This document shows, in pieces, positions 11,576 to 23,698 of a stretch of DNA of 64,000 nucleotides. The stretch comes from Utricularia gibba (Eukaryota > Plantae > Magnoliophyta): positions 1,860,001 through 1,924,000 of the forward strand of contig NEEC01000016.1 in NCBI GenBank assembly GCA_002189035.1, written 5' to 3'. A program made the translations under genes and the position numbers. Under the pieces are notes generated by a model. It had not been told where the DNA came from and searched no databases. It was given only the letters and a program-made list of their open reading frames with translations. The stretch's first letter is position 1. Each line of letters begins with the position of its first letter.

Positions 11576-12505
11576 TAATTTTTAAACTAATTGGGGGCTA
11601 ATGTTCATTAATTTTAAAACTTTATTAGGATTAACAATGATGTTTTCTAATTTTAAAAGTTTTCAAGTTTAATTTGAATTATGAGGTGCAACTTACTAAA
11701 TTTTATAATTTCACAAGTTAATTTGTGAGTTTTTCCATATTTTAGAGTTCGTTTTGGGAGTTTATTAAAGTATTTGGATTTATTTTACAAGTTTTTATTA
11801 TTGGGATATAATATGTTATTAATTTTCAAAATTGAGGTTTTCTTATAAAAATTACTTGTTAATTGTATTTCGGAAAATGTAGCAGTTCTATTCATTATTA
11901 AAAAAAAAAATTGGAGGATGCAGTTCCATATAGTTTCATTAAACCAAAATTTTGTTATATATTTAATTATTGATTAATTGATACCAAAGGTAACTTTAAA
12001 ATTGCAAATTTGGTTGAAATTTGGTTAAACTTTGGATTTCAGATTTTTTTTTCAAAATAAAATATTTTCGAAAGTGATCATTTTTAAAACCCGAAACTCC
12101 ACTTTTCAGATACTTACAATTCGAAAATGTGGCATATTTCCTTTGTAGTGGATAGCAATGCAATGCAGAAGGGCACCACCAGCATGAAAAGGGAGTTAGA
12201 GAGCTCAGATGTTACACATAAGAAAATATTGGCTCCAAAATGTGTGACTTGATGTATCTAAGAATGAGTGTTCAGTAGCAAACTCTGATGCATGACAAAG
12301 GAAAGTGGGATCACAAAAAAACAACTACCATCTCCTCCCTACTTGTGCAGGTTGGGCTTATACTGACTGCAGCAAGAGACACCTTTTGTGCCTCAGGTCT
12401 ATCATACAGTTGCACTCCAGTTCCCTAGAAAAATCACAATGGCTTGCTAGTTAGTCCTTATTTTCAGTGTGGGAGGGACGCTGTCCATCCCAACGGTTTT
12501 CGAGT

Positions 12506-14511
12506 TCAGTGCATCCTCAATGGGGGCAGGGTGGCGCAGCTGACCCCGCACATGAGCTCTGGAGAGGCTGCTTGTTCAAATGGCATGTTCAGGTCTGGGA
12601 GAGTGAACTTCGAATGGGATTCATCATCGCTATAAGAAAATGATTCCTCTGCTGCAATTGGTGTGATCTACGCAGACGAAAAGAATGCCTTCAGATAACA
12701 GTGAGATATAACTAAAGTAAAAGGGAGAATCTGTTTTTTTTTTTTTTTTACCTTGATCTTCTTTAACTTTTGATTGGTTTCCCTTTGTTTTTCAAGATGC
12801 ATCCGCAACCTTGCTATTTCCTGAAGGAAAAAAAAGAGTAAAAGGAGGACTTAGTGCTACATAGAAGAATCTTATGCTATAAAAATGAAAAAGCAAACAG
12901 CAGAAACCCACCTTTTTTAGAACTCTTTGTTCCTTGAGCAACGAGCTCTCTTCTTCTTTTAGTTCTGATAAGGTCTACACATCATCAACAAACGTGACAT
13001 TAAGTATGCTCCACAACATCCCTAGTATCAGTTCGGTTACAAAGTTAACGACACCTTTTTCCTTCTTGGTCTCTTTGAGTTCCCCTTTTCGCTTTCCCCT
13101 TTGGTCTGCTGAACACAAAAGAACTACAGAATCAATCAGCTGTGAAGAGGCCAATCGATAAATACACATGACATGTGAACTACAGCATATGACGACAACC
13201 ATATGGACTCATCATTCAACCAAATGTTTCATAAGAGAAGCCCCATATGTATCATTAAGAGACATTAAATGCCAGCCGCCATGACATATAATTCATGAAG
13301 TCAAAGCAAGGTTGAAACAGAATGGGTGGCGGGCACTTCTTTCCACCTTTGTAGATCAACCATGGAAGAAGGAGCTTTGATTGGTCAATGCAAGTAACAA
13401 GCTTACTGCGAATAAAGTTTGGTGTCAATAAAGAGATGCCCATTGCCCACCACCACCCACCTCCTTCCAACCACTTATCTAACACAGCATAGTGACACCT
13501 GGACTAGTCACTACCATTTCTTAACAACACAAGGCATTATCCACATACACTCCTGTGGATCCAGAGAGCTCAACAGCCTCAGACTTCCAACTCTGGGGAT
13601 AACAACACTCAAGACCTTCAATGCACTACAACATTACAGGTCCGTATTGTCCTGTTACCCATGCTTATACCCTTCCTCAGTGAGGAATGTGTGGAACACG
13701 CACATAGCTTTCGGTGCATTCATGAGGAGAAACAGCGGAATCTCGTGGACAAATGGGATCGGGACTTGGTGAGGTCGTAGGGTAATAAGCGTGAACCCCA
13801 CCACAACAGATCCACAACCACCCATCCACTCACACCAAACGCAGACCTATATAATTTGCCAGCAAGCCACGCTACCCGCTACGAAATGAAAGCTGCCCAG
13901 CTCATGTAAAGACCTAAATACCCTCGCCTCATCTGGGGGGATACTGGATAGGGGTAAAAGCGTCCGATCGAGGAACAGTAGAACCGGCGACTGTGGTAGA
14001 AAGGGACATTTTCGAGATAGCCACCGAATCGGGACTGCCACGCACCGTGTTCAAGACAAAAAATTAATACGGAGACACACTGCCGCCTGCGCCGATACTC
14101 CAAATCTCTAACCTCTAACCGCCGGACAAAATTCAGAATAAAAAGAAATGTATCTTGACGAACACGAAAGGCGTGCGATGAGTGGACGAACCTTAGATCT
14201 CGCGGCGGCGGGGAGAGTTTCGCCGGAAGCAGCCTGGAGGACTCCTCGGAGCCGCCGCTGAGGGAAGTAGCGCCGCTCCACGTCAGCGGTGTCGTCGGAC
14301 TGGCTCTGTGCGACTCCTTCTTTCGCCTCGCGAGGATCGTCTGAGACCTCGAGCGGCGTTGACGTACGGTCCACTCCACTGGCAACGCCTTGCGATAGGA
14401 GGAGGAGGAGGAGGACGGTGGCGCGTCGTGGAGACGCATCAGCATCTCCACCGCGAGAGTGTCGTCGGCCATCGCGGCGGCAACCCAGTCGTCGTCGGTT
14501 CCGGCGCCCAT
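12506..14511 (-). CDS. Conserved plant protein of unknown function (At1g15800/At1g80610/At4g32030-like), with a C-terminal coiled coil; one frameshift in exon 1
   Basis: Exons 14511-14192, 13108-13055, 12974-12912, 12820-12752, 12667-12506, all GT-AG. Motifs DDWVAAAMADD, EWTVRQRRSR, RASPTTPLTWSG, SKRPRRKK|TLSELKEEE, FTLPDLNMP. Exon 1 is 320 nt and needs 321. Confidence 0.85.
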
Positions 14512-15250
14512 GGGTCTCCTCTTGTTATGGTATGGTGGTTGAAGCCCCTCCTTTTTCCCTGTGAGTGAGAGAAAAGAGGGGGATTGAGTAGAAAACGAGA
14601 TGATGATGGTGGCAGAAAAACCCAAAGGGAGGGGGAGTTTCTGACTATATATACATACACATATAGGTTGGTTGGGCTGGGTTAGTTGTACACATAAAAA
14701 TATCTGGAAATAGACATTATGAGCGCGTGCATTCACGCCCCCCCCCCCCCCAACCCCGATTAAAATCAGAATATTAAAATACAAATCCAGATTATATTTT
14801 TTTGTTATGCGTTCTAAATTCGGACCAAGGAATTGAGTGTGTGATTGATTCTCTTTGTCGAAAAGAAAACAACAAAATTAGGAAACCGTGGAGGCCTGGG
14901 CTGCGTGGCCGCCCGAATCATCAATTTTCTTCTACTTTTATTACATCCCTTCCTTTTTAGGTGAAAGTATATTTTCCGCCATTTAATTCTGAAATTAAAA
15001 CTTGGCGTCACAAATAAATAGGCCGGATGCCACAATAAATAATACCCCCACCCCAGACCAGAACTTGATCCACTCGGAATTTATGCACCTCCGCATAAGT
15101 GTATTACAAATCTGGCCCATCTTCATCAAAGGAGAGGGTGCCTGCTCACTTTTAATAGTAAAGAATGGCAGCGCATTATGGGGATTGGAGATGGCGTATC
15201 CTGCCTCATCCATTCATGTGCACTTCTCCTTCGGAAAACTCGCTTCGCCG

Positions 15251-16248
15251 TTAAGGTGCTGCCTCATTTGCTTTCTGCTGTGCTGAGACGGTGCTGCCGT
15301 CTCCATTGCTTGCTGGGCTGGCTGCTTCGGCCTTGGGAGGTGTCAGTTGAGCTCCATGCTTGTGTTGCTCCTTGCCGTTTCTCAGGGAATCGTCACTTGG
15401 TTGCTTCCTTGATTCCTCCAGGATTTCCTTCAGGGTTACCTCGAGCTTATCCAGTCTCTCCTTAACTTCCAAAATTGCTGGATTTGATGCCACTGCTGAT
15501 TTGTCTTCGGCAGCCTTGCGCTCCATCTCCTTCGTTTGTGCTTCGAACTCTGCTTGCTTCCTCTTCTCCAACTCCTATTGGGAGAAAGAATTCAAGATAA
15601 CTTGAGAGGTGCGTAGTGTATTCAAGATGATGCTAGGAAAGCACTATACCGCATCCATTCTTCTCATTTCACTGCGAGCATACAGAGCCACCAGGTAAAC
15701 AGCTGAAACACACAGTTGATGCTGAGAGGCAGTCCATTATCAAGCAGAAGCTAAACAGAAAGACGCCCAGGCAAGCCTCTTAAAATGAACTTAGAGAACC
15801 AAAAGAGGTACCCAAAGACGGTAAGCACGCAAAGAAGAGCTGCACCAGGTGAAAGTCCAGCCTGAAAGATCATAAACCCAAGTCTCAGATAAAATAAAGT
15901 TCAACCGGAAACATCACACCCAAGGAGTGGCACGCCCGGTAGGTGTTTGACGAAATGACCGAAACAAAAAAGGGCCCACCCAAACTTCTTCTTCGGCTTA
16001 TCAGAAAACAGGATTCTTGTTGCCGTCATGAAATCCAAGTTGCCCAGCGCCTTGTATTGCTCATCGTAAGTAGTCAACGAAGAAGAAGAAGAAGCCGGAG
16101 CAGTATTAGGGTCGCCATTGCCGCTGCCATTCTTACTGGACCGAGGTTTGCCTTCACAAAAGGATCGGCATGCCGCCCGGCAATAGGATCCGCTAACAAA
16201 TGGGATCCGATAGAAAAAGCTTCTCACTCCCGCAATTGCTTTCATCAT
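15251..16248 (-). CDS. At1g80700-like protein (probable mitochondrial presequence, one TM segment, coiled coil)
   Basis: Four exons in consistent phase: YKALGNLDFMTATRILFSDKPKKKFG|LDFHLVQLFFACLPSL|AVYLVALYARSEMRRMDA|ELEKRKQ...ILEVKERLDKLEVTLKEI. Arg/Ser-rich N-terminus. Confidence 0.85.
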
Positions 16249-16440
16249 CTCTGCTCATTTGGCTTCGAGTAGCTCCGATGAGAGGAACTAATATGCTTGA
16301 CAAAAATCCCCAAAACAAAAACTTTTGCTGATCTCAGAAATTGAGCTACATATGGGCCACGACGGTTATAAAATATGGGCTTGGGCTTCTTAGTAATGTA
16401 ACTGAGATCTCTCAAGCTTAGCGCCAAGTCTTTTGACGGG
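16249..16440. promoter_or_regulatory. 192-bp bidirectional promoter with three site II (TGGGCY) elements
   Basis: Head-to-head starts at 16248 (-) and 16441 (+). TGGGCC at 16353; TGGGCT at 16376 and 16382. Confidence 0.65.
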
Positions 16441-16797
16441 ATGATGGATAACGGCGATGACTGGTTCGCCGTCGACAAGTACTACGATATCCTCTTTTGC
16501 TTCTTGATCGCCACTCTTGTTTCTTCACTGGCTTCCTGCTCCCGTTATCCTTTCATCCGGCGCCGCTGCACTTGGTTCGGAACGGTTATCTCTCTCGCAA
16601 CGGGAGCAGGTAAAGAATTATGCGACGAATTAGGGCTTTTCCGGTCCTCCGGCGCGTCAATCAAGGACGCTGTTGCTGATGTTATCGGCGTTCTCCTCTC
16701 CGCCGTGGTGTTTTCCTTTTCCCGAGCTGGTTTTTGTTCGTCCTCCAAGCACGAAGATGGGGATAGCAAATCTGTTGCCGGAATGCGCGCAGTTTAA
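16441..16797 (+). CDS. Small intronless membrane protein, At1g15900-like (YfiM/VanZ-like motif family)
   Basis: 118 aa: DDWFAVDKYYDILFCF...GTVISLATGAGKELCDELG...GASIKDAVADVIGVLL. Matches the remembered plant family consensus DxWLAxDKLYH...GAxKE.D...S.KDAxAD. Confidence 0.85.
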   Translation: MMDNGDDWFAVDKYYDILFCFLIATLVSSLASCSRYPFIRRRCTWFGTVISLATGAGKELCDELGLFRSSGASIKDAVADVIGVLLSAVVFSFSRAGFCSSSKHEDGDSKSVAGMRAV

Positions 16798-17575
16798 TCG
16801 GCGGCAAGCGGTGAAGAAGTTTATTGAATGAGGGGCTGTCCGCGTACGGATTGCTGTAAACTGCAACCTACTTGATTTTGATGAAAAAATGTGGTTTTTT
16901 AATTTTATGGGGCCAAATAGTGATAAGGGAGAAGATACGGGTCAGGAAAATTAATATATGAGCTTCATTTCTGATAATCAAATGAGGAATTTACTAACCA
17001 GAGTAAAAAAGCCTGAGAATTGAGATAGAAGAAGCTCGAATACGTCCCGGTAATTTCCACACCACTTGAATCTCTCGAGTACTTGTTCTGTGAAAATCAG
17101 CTCTTCCGTTGGCGAAGCTTTGAGATTTCGGGTCCTTTTTCCCCAAATGTGCGGAAAATAGGCTCTAGGTTTAGTTTCTTGATGGTGCGGTTAATCGACG
17201 AACTGTTGCCTTCTCTAGCATGGCCAGTCAAGTCATTTTGACCACTAGTAGCTGAGAGGGAAGCCTAACGCGGTAAGTGTCATAGCAGATGGGGGCGAGA
17301 CTCGTATGCGTGGAATCGTTCTTGTTTCTGTAGTCATATCTGTGAAATTTTTCTCCCACCGAGTTGTCAGATTGTCTTCTGTGTGTCTAAATCAATATGT
17401 TGTATCCATCTTCAAATGGGATGAACTGTTTTGCGGGTTTGCATTTTGGATTTTGGAGTTGGCAAAATGTATCTTGGTCGAGCAGAAGGGAAATACCCGG
17501 GTTTATTTTTGCCCACTTCATAAAATCTGAGGGAAATGGGTATTTTATTATTTGCTTTAATTTGGTGATGCTCAT

Positions 17576-17606
17576 GTGTGCATGTGTGTGTATGTGTGTG
17601 TGTGTG
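17576..17606. repeat. Imperfect (GT)n microsatellite in the FDM 5'UTR intron
   Basis: gtgtgcatgtgtgtgtatgtgtgtgtgtgtg. Confidence 0.8.
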
Positions 17607-17694
17607 TTTTTTTTTGAAATCAGGAGCAGCCAGTCTGTGGTTTTCACGTTCACTTGATAGGTTTCTCCTCTAAACCTGTGATGTTTTCTTCCAG

Positions 17695-20177
17695 ATGGGA
17701 AGCTCTTCAAGTGAAGAGTCAGATATCAGCGACTCTGAAATCAGTGAATACAAAGAGAAACCTTACCAGCTCCTGAAGTCCGGGTTTTTTAAAATAAAGG
17801 GTCCAAATGGTACCTTGAGATGCCCTTTCTGTGCGGGTAAGAAGAAACAGGATTACCAGTATAGTCACCTTTATCAGCACGCTATTGGAGTGGCAAAGGG
17901 ATCTGCCAAAAGTGCAAAATTAAGGGCTAAGCATCTTGCACTTGCCCACTATTTGGAATCTAATGTAACTGGACAATCTGAGCCTGTTCCGAAGAATGAA
18001 CCTCCTGTTCCTCCTAGACCAGATAAAAGCGAGTTGTACTGCTGGCCTTGGGTTGGTGTCATCGAAAACATAAGAAGAGATCCGAAAGATGAAGGTTCAG
18101 TAGCCAGTAAACGGTATTGGCTCGAGAAGTATGCTAAGTACAAGCCTCAGAATGTTGAAATATTTTGGGACATTGACCTGTGTGGCGGGAGAGCTGTTCT
18201 GAGGTTTGGAAATGATTGGGATGGTTTTAGAAATGCTTTGGAGTTTGAGAAATCATTCGAGGCTTGCAGAAAAAGTAAGAAAGAGTGGACTAGTTGTGAA
18301 AATTCTTCAGGTTCAGATATTTATGGTTGGTTTGCTCGGGATGGTGACTATCAAGTAGAAGGCCCTGTGGGGGATTATCTTCGTAGTGAATGTAAGCTGA
18401 AAACCATATCTGACCTCGTCCAGGACGCAAATAAAGATAGGAATAAAGTTGTTGGCAGCCTTGTGGAAGTGATTGACAGGAAGATGGCAAATCTGGATGA
18501 GCTCCAGGTCCAGTACAACCAGCGGACTCATTCGCTTTCTAAGATGCTGGAAGAGAAAGATGAACTGCATCGAATATTCTATGAAGGTTGCTTTCTAGGA
18601 ACAGAGTGTTTGTAATACAATTATTGTTTTTTTTTTATTCGTGCATGATTTTAGGATACATCCGCGGTTTCCTCTTCTTTTCCCTGTTTGCAATATTGCC
18701 TATGATCTCTTGTTGATAACTAGCTGTTTTCTGTCATATTTTCCAAGATATATTTTCTGTTTTCTTCCAACTCTCATGGTGTATCGATCAGCCTATGCCA
18801 AGTATGAATCGGTGATTCTAGTCATTCGTTGTTAGAAACCAGGAAACTTCAGCGTATGGCGCGTGAGCACATTAAGAGAGTTTTGAATGAACAAGAAGCA
18901 CTGAACAGTGAGTTGGAGAAGAAAAAGAGAGAACTTGATTCCTGGAGCAAAGAACTGAACAAGCGAGAAGCTGTGACAGAACGTGATAGACAGAAACTTG
19001 AGGAGGAGAAGAGGAAGGTAACTTATTATACATTCTTGCACGGTTTCGAAATTAGTATCAGGCAATCTGCTAGCATGTATTTGTATTAGAATGCTGGTTC
19101 TCATGGACAGCGTTTGATGTTGTATTTTGATACATTGGTCACTGTCAGAACGACGAGAAAAACAACCGTCTGGGAAGGGCAAAGGAGGAACAAGTAAAAT
19201 CGGACGAAAATGTTGCAAGACTTTTTGAAGAGCAAAAGGTGTGACTTTTAATTCTGAGAGTATATCAATGCGTCATTTTGTATAATCTGTATGGTTTGGC
19301 ATGCAGAGGGAAAAAGAAGAAGCTCTCAACAAGATTCTTGAACTTGAAAGGAATCTTGGTGAGAAGCAGAAATTGGAAATGGAGATTTTAGAACTAAATG
19401 GCCAGTTAGATGTGATGAAGCACATGGGAGGTGATAATGATGATGCTTTTCTAAAGAAGATGAAGGAAATGAAGGAAGAGCTGGAAGAGAAAAAAAATGA
19501 ACTGGAGTCGCTCGAGGAATTGCACGGTCAGATACTAACAAGGGAGCGTCAAAACAATGTTGAGTTGCAGGATGCACGGCAGTTGCTGATTGAGGTATGT
19601 TGTCATAATCTGAAATCCAATGTAAGCATCCGTACATCTTGTGGTTTCCAACTTTGCAGGCCCTCAGTAAGTTGTTGAGTAGCACCCGAGTCAACATCGG
19701 GATTCGAAGGATGGGTGAAATTGATGAGAAAGCTTTCAAGAGCATTTGCATGCAGAAATTCCCAAAAGGAGAAGCTGATATAGAGGCAGCTAAAATATGC
19801 TCCCTATGGCAGGAGAAACTGACGCATCCAGATTGGCACCCATTCAGAATGGTTGAAGACGAAAATGGAAATTGCAAGGTGCTTCTGTAGGTACCTTATC
19901 TCCGTTTCAGAACTCACCCTTTATAAACAACCTTCCGTGGATGCAGGGATTGCTTAGGGAAGATGACGAAGCACTACAAGCCCTTCGTGAAGAATGGGGA
20001 GAAGAAGCATATAAAGCCGTCACAACTGCAACACTGGAGATCCACGAGTACAATCCTAGCGGATGTTACGTAGTGCCGGAGCTGTGGAACTTCAAGGAAG
20101 GCCGAAAGGCGACGCTGAAAGAAGTCATCGTCTACATCTTTAACCAGATCAAGTCCCTAAAGCACAAGAGAGGTTGA
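17695..20177 (+). CDS. FDM1: FACTOR OF DNA METHYLATION / IDN2-like protein (zf-XS, XS, coiled coil, XH), RdDM component
   Basis: Exons 17695-18586, 18836-19017, 19149-19238, 19307-19594, 19660-19878, 19947-20177 (1902 nt, intact). CPFCAGKKKQDY..HA, YCWPWVGV, IGIRRMGEID, EIHEYNPSGCYVVPELWNFKEGRKATLKE. The exact paralog within the FDM family is uncertain. Confidence 0.93.
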
Positions 20178-20630
20178 GCCCATTTCCGCGTGGTTTCTCG
20201 TTCACACATGGCATATGACCGGCTCCGTGTGCAGCGGCGGTGCTGGGTCCTCGGAACTTATCCTGGTTTCACTTTTTTGCGCTTCCAATTAAATTACGGT
20301 CGAATCCGGCGGCGTGGTTAAAGAAACGATCTTTCAACTGCACGGCTGTTCTCCCATCCGCGACGATTGGGTTAGAATTCAAGCTCGTAACTCATTTGAC
20401 TTTCTGCTGCACCACCAGAATGACACGCAATGCAAGTGTAGTGTATCAGAATAGTGGAAGGGGAAACAGCTACTAAATTGTGACATCCCATCCATCTATA
20501 ATGCATCGTTATCGTTATCTTTCTCCCTGGGATCGAAGAGACAAAAGAAGGCGACTTCCGTGCGGATTGTTTCTCGTTCGTTGCTCCGATTTTCGTTTTG
20601 CGAGTCGGGGATTGTGGGATTCTGTAGACC

Positions 20631-22979
20631 ATGACGATACAGCCGTTGGCGGAGAGTTCCGGTTCGTTGCAAGAGAGTTATCGGAGCGTTTCATACTTTA
20701 GCAACTCGTATGTCTTGAGATTGACTCTGGTTGCTGGTCTTGGAGGACTACTCTTCGGCTACGATACAGGTATGTGCTCCGCCTTCGTCCTTTTCTTCCA
20801 ATTGTTTCGCGCGTGGGAAATTTGATTTGGCAGATTGTTTCTTTTTCGCGTCACAGGAGTTATTTCAGGAGCTCTTCTGTACATTAAAGATGAATTTGAG
20901 GATGTCAATAAGAGCAGCTTTCTACAGGTGACATTTGAGATTCAGAGCTTTTTTGGGAACTCTTTGAAAAGACTTGCCTTCCTGTTTATCTATTTACCAA
21001 ATTTTGACATTTTTCTTCATCTTCATCATCTTTTATTTGAAATTGCATTTGGACTCCATAAACTCAGTTCTTGATTCATTGTTTATGTAGATTAAAGATT
21101 TTTTGCTTTCAACTGTGGGGTGCGGCCTCTGATTTTTTTTTTTTTTTTATGAAAAATTCTCAGGAAACAGTAGTTAGCATGACCATTGTTGGTGCCATTA
21201 TTGGTGCTGCTGTAGGGGGGTGGTCAAACGATGTTTTTGGGCGTAAAAAGGCAACCCTCTTTGCTGATCTTGTCTTCATACTAGGATCAATCGTGATGGC
21301 CTTGGCTCCAAATTCTTACATTCTTATTATCGGCCGGCTCTTGGTAGGCCTTGGAGTAGGAGTAGCATCTGTGACTGCTCCTGTGTATATTGCAGAGGCT
21401 TCCCCTTTCGAAATTAGGGGTGGCCTTGTGAGCACAAATGTTCTTATGATAACTGGTGGACAATTTCTCTCTTACCTTGTGAATCTTGCTTTTACCGAGG
21501 TCAGATGTATTTCTTTTATTATTCATCAGCTTCTCTCCTTAGAGGTTGCAAAGCAAAAACTCAGGAATGCCGATTAGGCATGCTGAAAATGGGTTAACTG
21601 AGAGTAAATTCTCCTAGCTCTGAGTGTGTTTAGGTCCTTATTGTATGCAGGTTTCTGGGGCATGGCGTTTGATGCTTGGGGCAGCTGCTGTGCCTGCTAT
21701 TGCTCAATTATTTCTTATGCTGTTTTTGCCAGAGTCTCCACGATGGCTGTATTTGAAGGTTCATGCTCTTCGATCTGTGTTCCGAAGTTTACTTACGTGT
21801 CATATGACTTTACACAGTTTTACAGAAGGACAAATCTGAAGCTATTGCGGTTCTTTCAAAAATTTACGATCCTTGTCGAATAGGGGAGGAGATTGAAATG
21901 CTTGCTGCAGCTTTCGAGGAAGAGCAAATGAGGAAGTCTCGGGTTAGTTATTTTAAGGTCTTCCGATCGAAGGAATTAAGGCTGGCCTTCTTGGCTGGGG
22001 CCGGGCTGCAAGTAAGATCAGATTTTTTATTTGCATGCAGCTGCTGCGTTTTCTTTACTAATTTTTCCTCCTAATGACTGGTTGAAACTGCATTTCCTTA
22101 GTTATCAGAAGTCCATAGTCGACAATGGTTCATGGATGTCCATTTTGGTTGATTATTTTCTGCTCATGAAATGCATGTGTGGGAGACTACCATTGCCTGG
22201 TTTAGTATCCTAGTTCACATTATCAAAGTTTAGTGACATACACCACGAAAGGATGCGAAACTGCAAGTAGTATTCACATAAGTTTGATATATTTTAGCTC
22301 AAGTTGATCATTTTATTCCAATTTGCAGGCATTCCAGCAGTTCACAGGAATCAACACCGTCATGTATTATGGGCCAACAATTGTGCAAATGGCTGGTTTT
22401 AGCTCCAACCAGTTAGCACTTCTCCTGTCAGTCATTATCGCGTTAATGAATGCCTTGGGGACAATAGTTGGGATTTACCTGATTGACCACGTTGGGCGCA
22501 AGAAACTGGCACTCGGCAGCTTGTTCGGTGTGACCATATCCCTGATCATCCTTGCTTTGTCCTTTTTCATGGTACAATCATCCCAGACCGGGTCTACAGA
22601 CAGCCGCTACGGTTGGGTTGCCGTTGTGGGCTTAGCTCTTTATATTGCGTTCTTTGCTCCCGGTATGGGTCCTGTGCCATGGGCTGTGAACTCAGAAATA
22701 TATCCCGAAGCCTACAGGGGAACCTGTGGAGGCATGTCTGCGATGGTTAACTGGATATCGAATTTCATCGTCAGTCAAAGCTTTCTTTCGGCGGCCAACG
22801 GTGTAGGCGTAGGTATGACGTTCTTGATACTCACCGCCATGGCGATCCTGGCGATTGTGTTTGTGGTTGTTTTTGTGCCGGAGACGAAGGGCTTGACCTT
22901 CGACGAAGTTGAGAGGATGTGGAAGGATAGAGTTCATGGAAGTCAGAGAGAACCTTTGAACACCTTTCCAAACCACTGA
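20631..22979 (+). CDS. INT1: Inositol transporter 1 (tonoplast MFS sugar porter)
   Basis: Exons 20631-20769, 20857-20927, 21164-21499, 21651-21758, 21826-22011, 22329-22979. [49 protein letters not shown]. Lacks the long PSI loop of INT2/4, which fits INT1. Confidence 0.95.
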
Positions 22980-23698
22980 TATCTCTGTTACTCGCATCAG
23001 AGGACTTGTATGCCTCTGCTTGATAAGCAATATGCATTACCTGACTGGGGAGAAATTACAGTTTTGAATGTCCCCAGAACACTTGCATATAGATCTTGAT
23101 ATCTGTATCTGTTATGACTACTGCCGTTATGATGGTGGTATTCTCGTATCCATTTCTGTACGATGTATACGTGGTCCTTGTCTCTTTGTTACACGGTAGA
23201 AATGAGGGAGTCGCTTTCAGAGTTTGTCTCGCTAACCCGGACAGAGGGAAGCGCAAGATAAGATAGAGCTCGTGGCTGGCCAATTGCAATAACCTTGCAG
23301 CGTCGGGCTCTTTCATTCTGGTGAATTTGTAGACGCCCCCGCCCCATCGCCATCTTCATGATCATTATGATCTATTGGTGATTTGTGGAGAAAGCGAAGC
23401 TATTATTCCCTACTCTAAAAACAGTAATCTTCCGCACCCCGTTTTGTTTCCTCTTTCATTGGCCTTCCCCAAGCTTGTAGTTTTCTAGGGAAAGTTTTTG
23501 TTACCTGGGTTTTCTCGTTTCTGCCTCCATATCTTACTTTTCCGTCGCCCCTTTTCATTTTCTTCCGATCTTTATCCGATCGGTCTTGAAAAAATCTTGT
23601 TTTGGTTCCAGATTGTTTTGACCTTGTATAAATCTTTTGGTATTCTTCCTGGAACTTCGAATCTTGTTGTGGGGGACCGATAAGTCTGATTATAGTGT

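Noticed and set aside
14738-14751. Poly-C tract upstream of the At1g15800-like gene
   Set aside because: Simple homopolymer of unreliable length, with no further structure.
13879-14784. 301-aa single-exon ORF on the minus strand
   Set aside because: Only about 106 codons are homologous; the rest is 5'UTR and intron 1 read-through. The real C-terminus is in four downstream exons.
16441-16797. Recent horizontal transfer of an intronless bacterial-like YfiM gene
   Set aside because: The family is, to my knowledge, widespread in land plants and sits among neighbours that are syntenic in Arabidopsis; composition matches host genes.
17695-20177. FDM (RdDM) gene near TE islands as a local defence system
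   Set aside because: RdDM factors act in trans, and the gene lies in an apparently ancestral gene block; proximity is uninformative.
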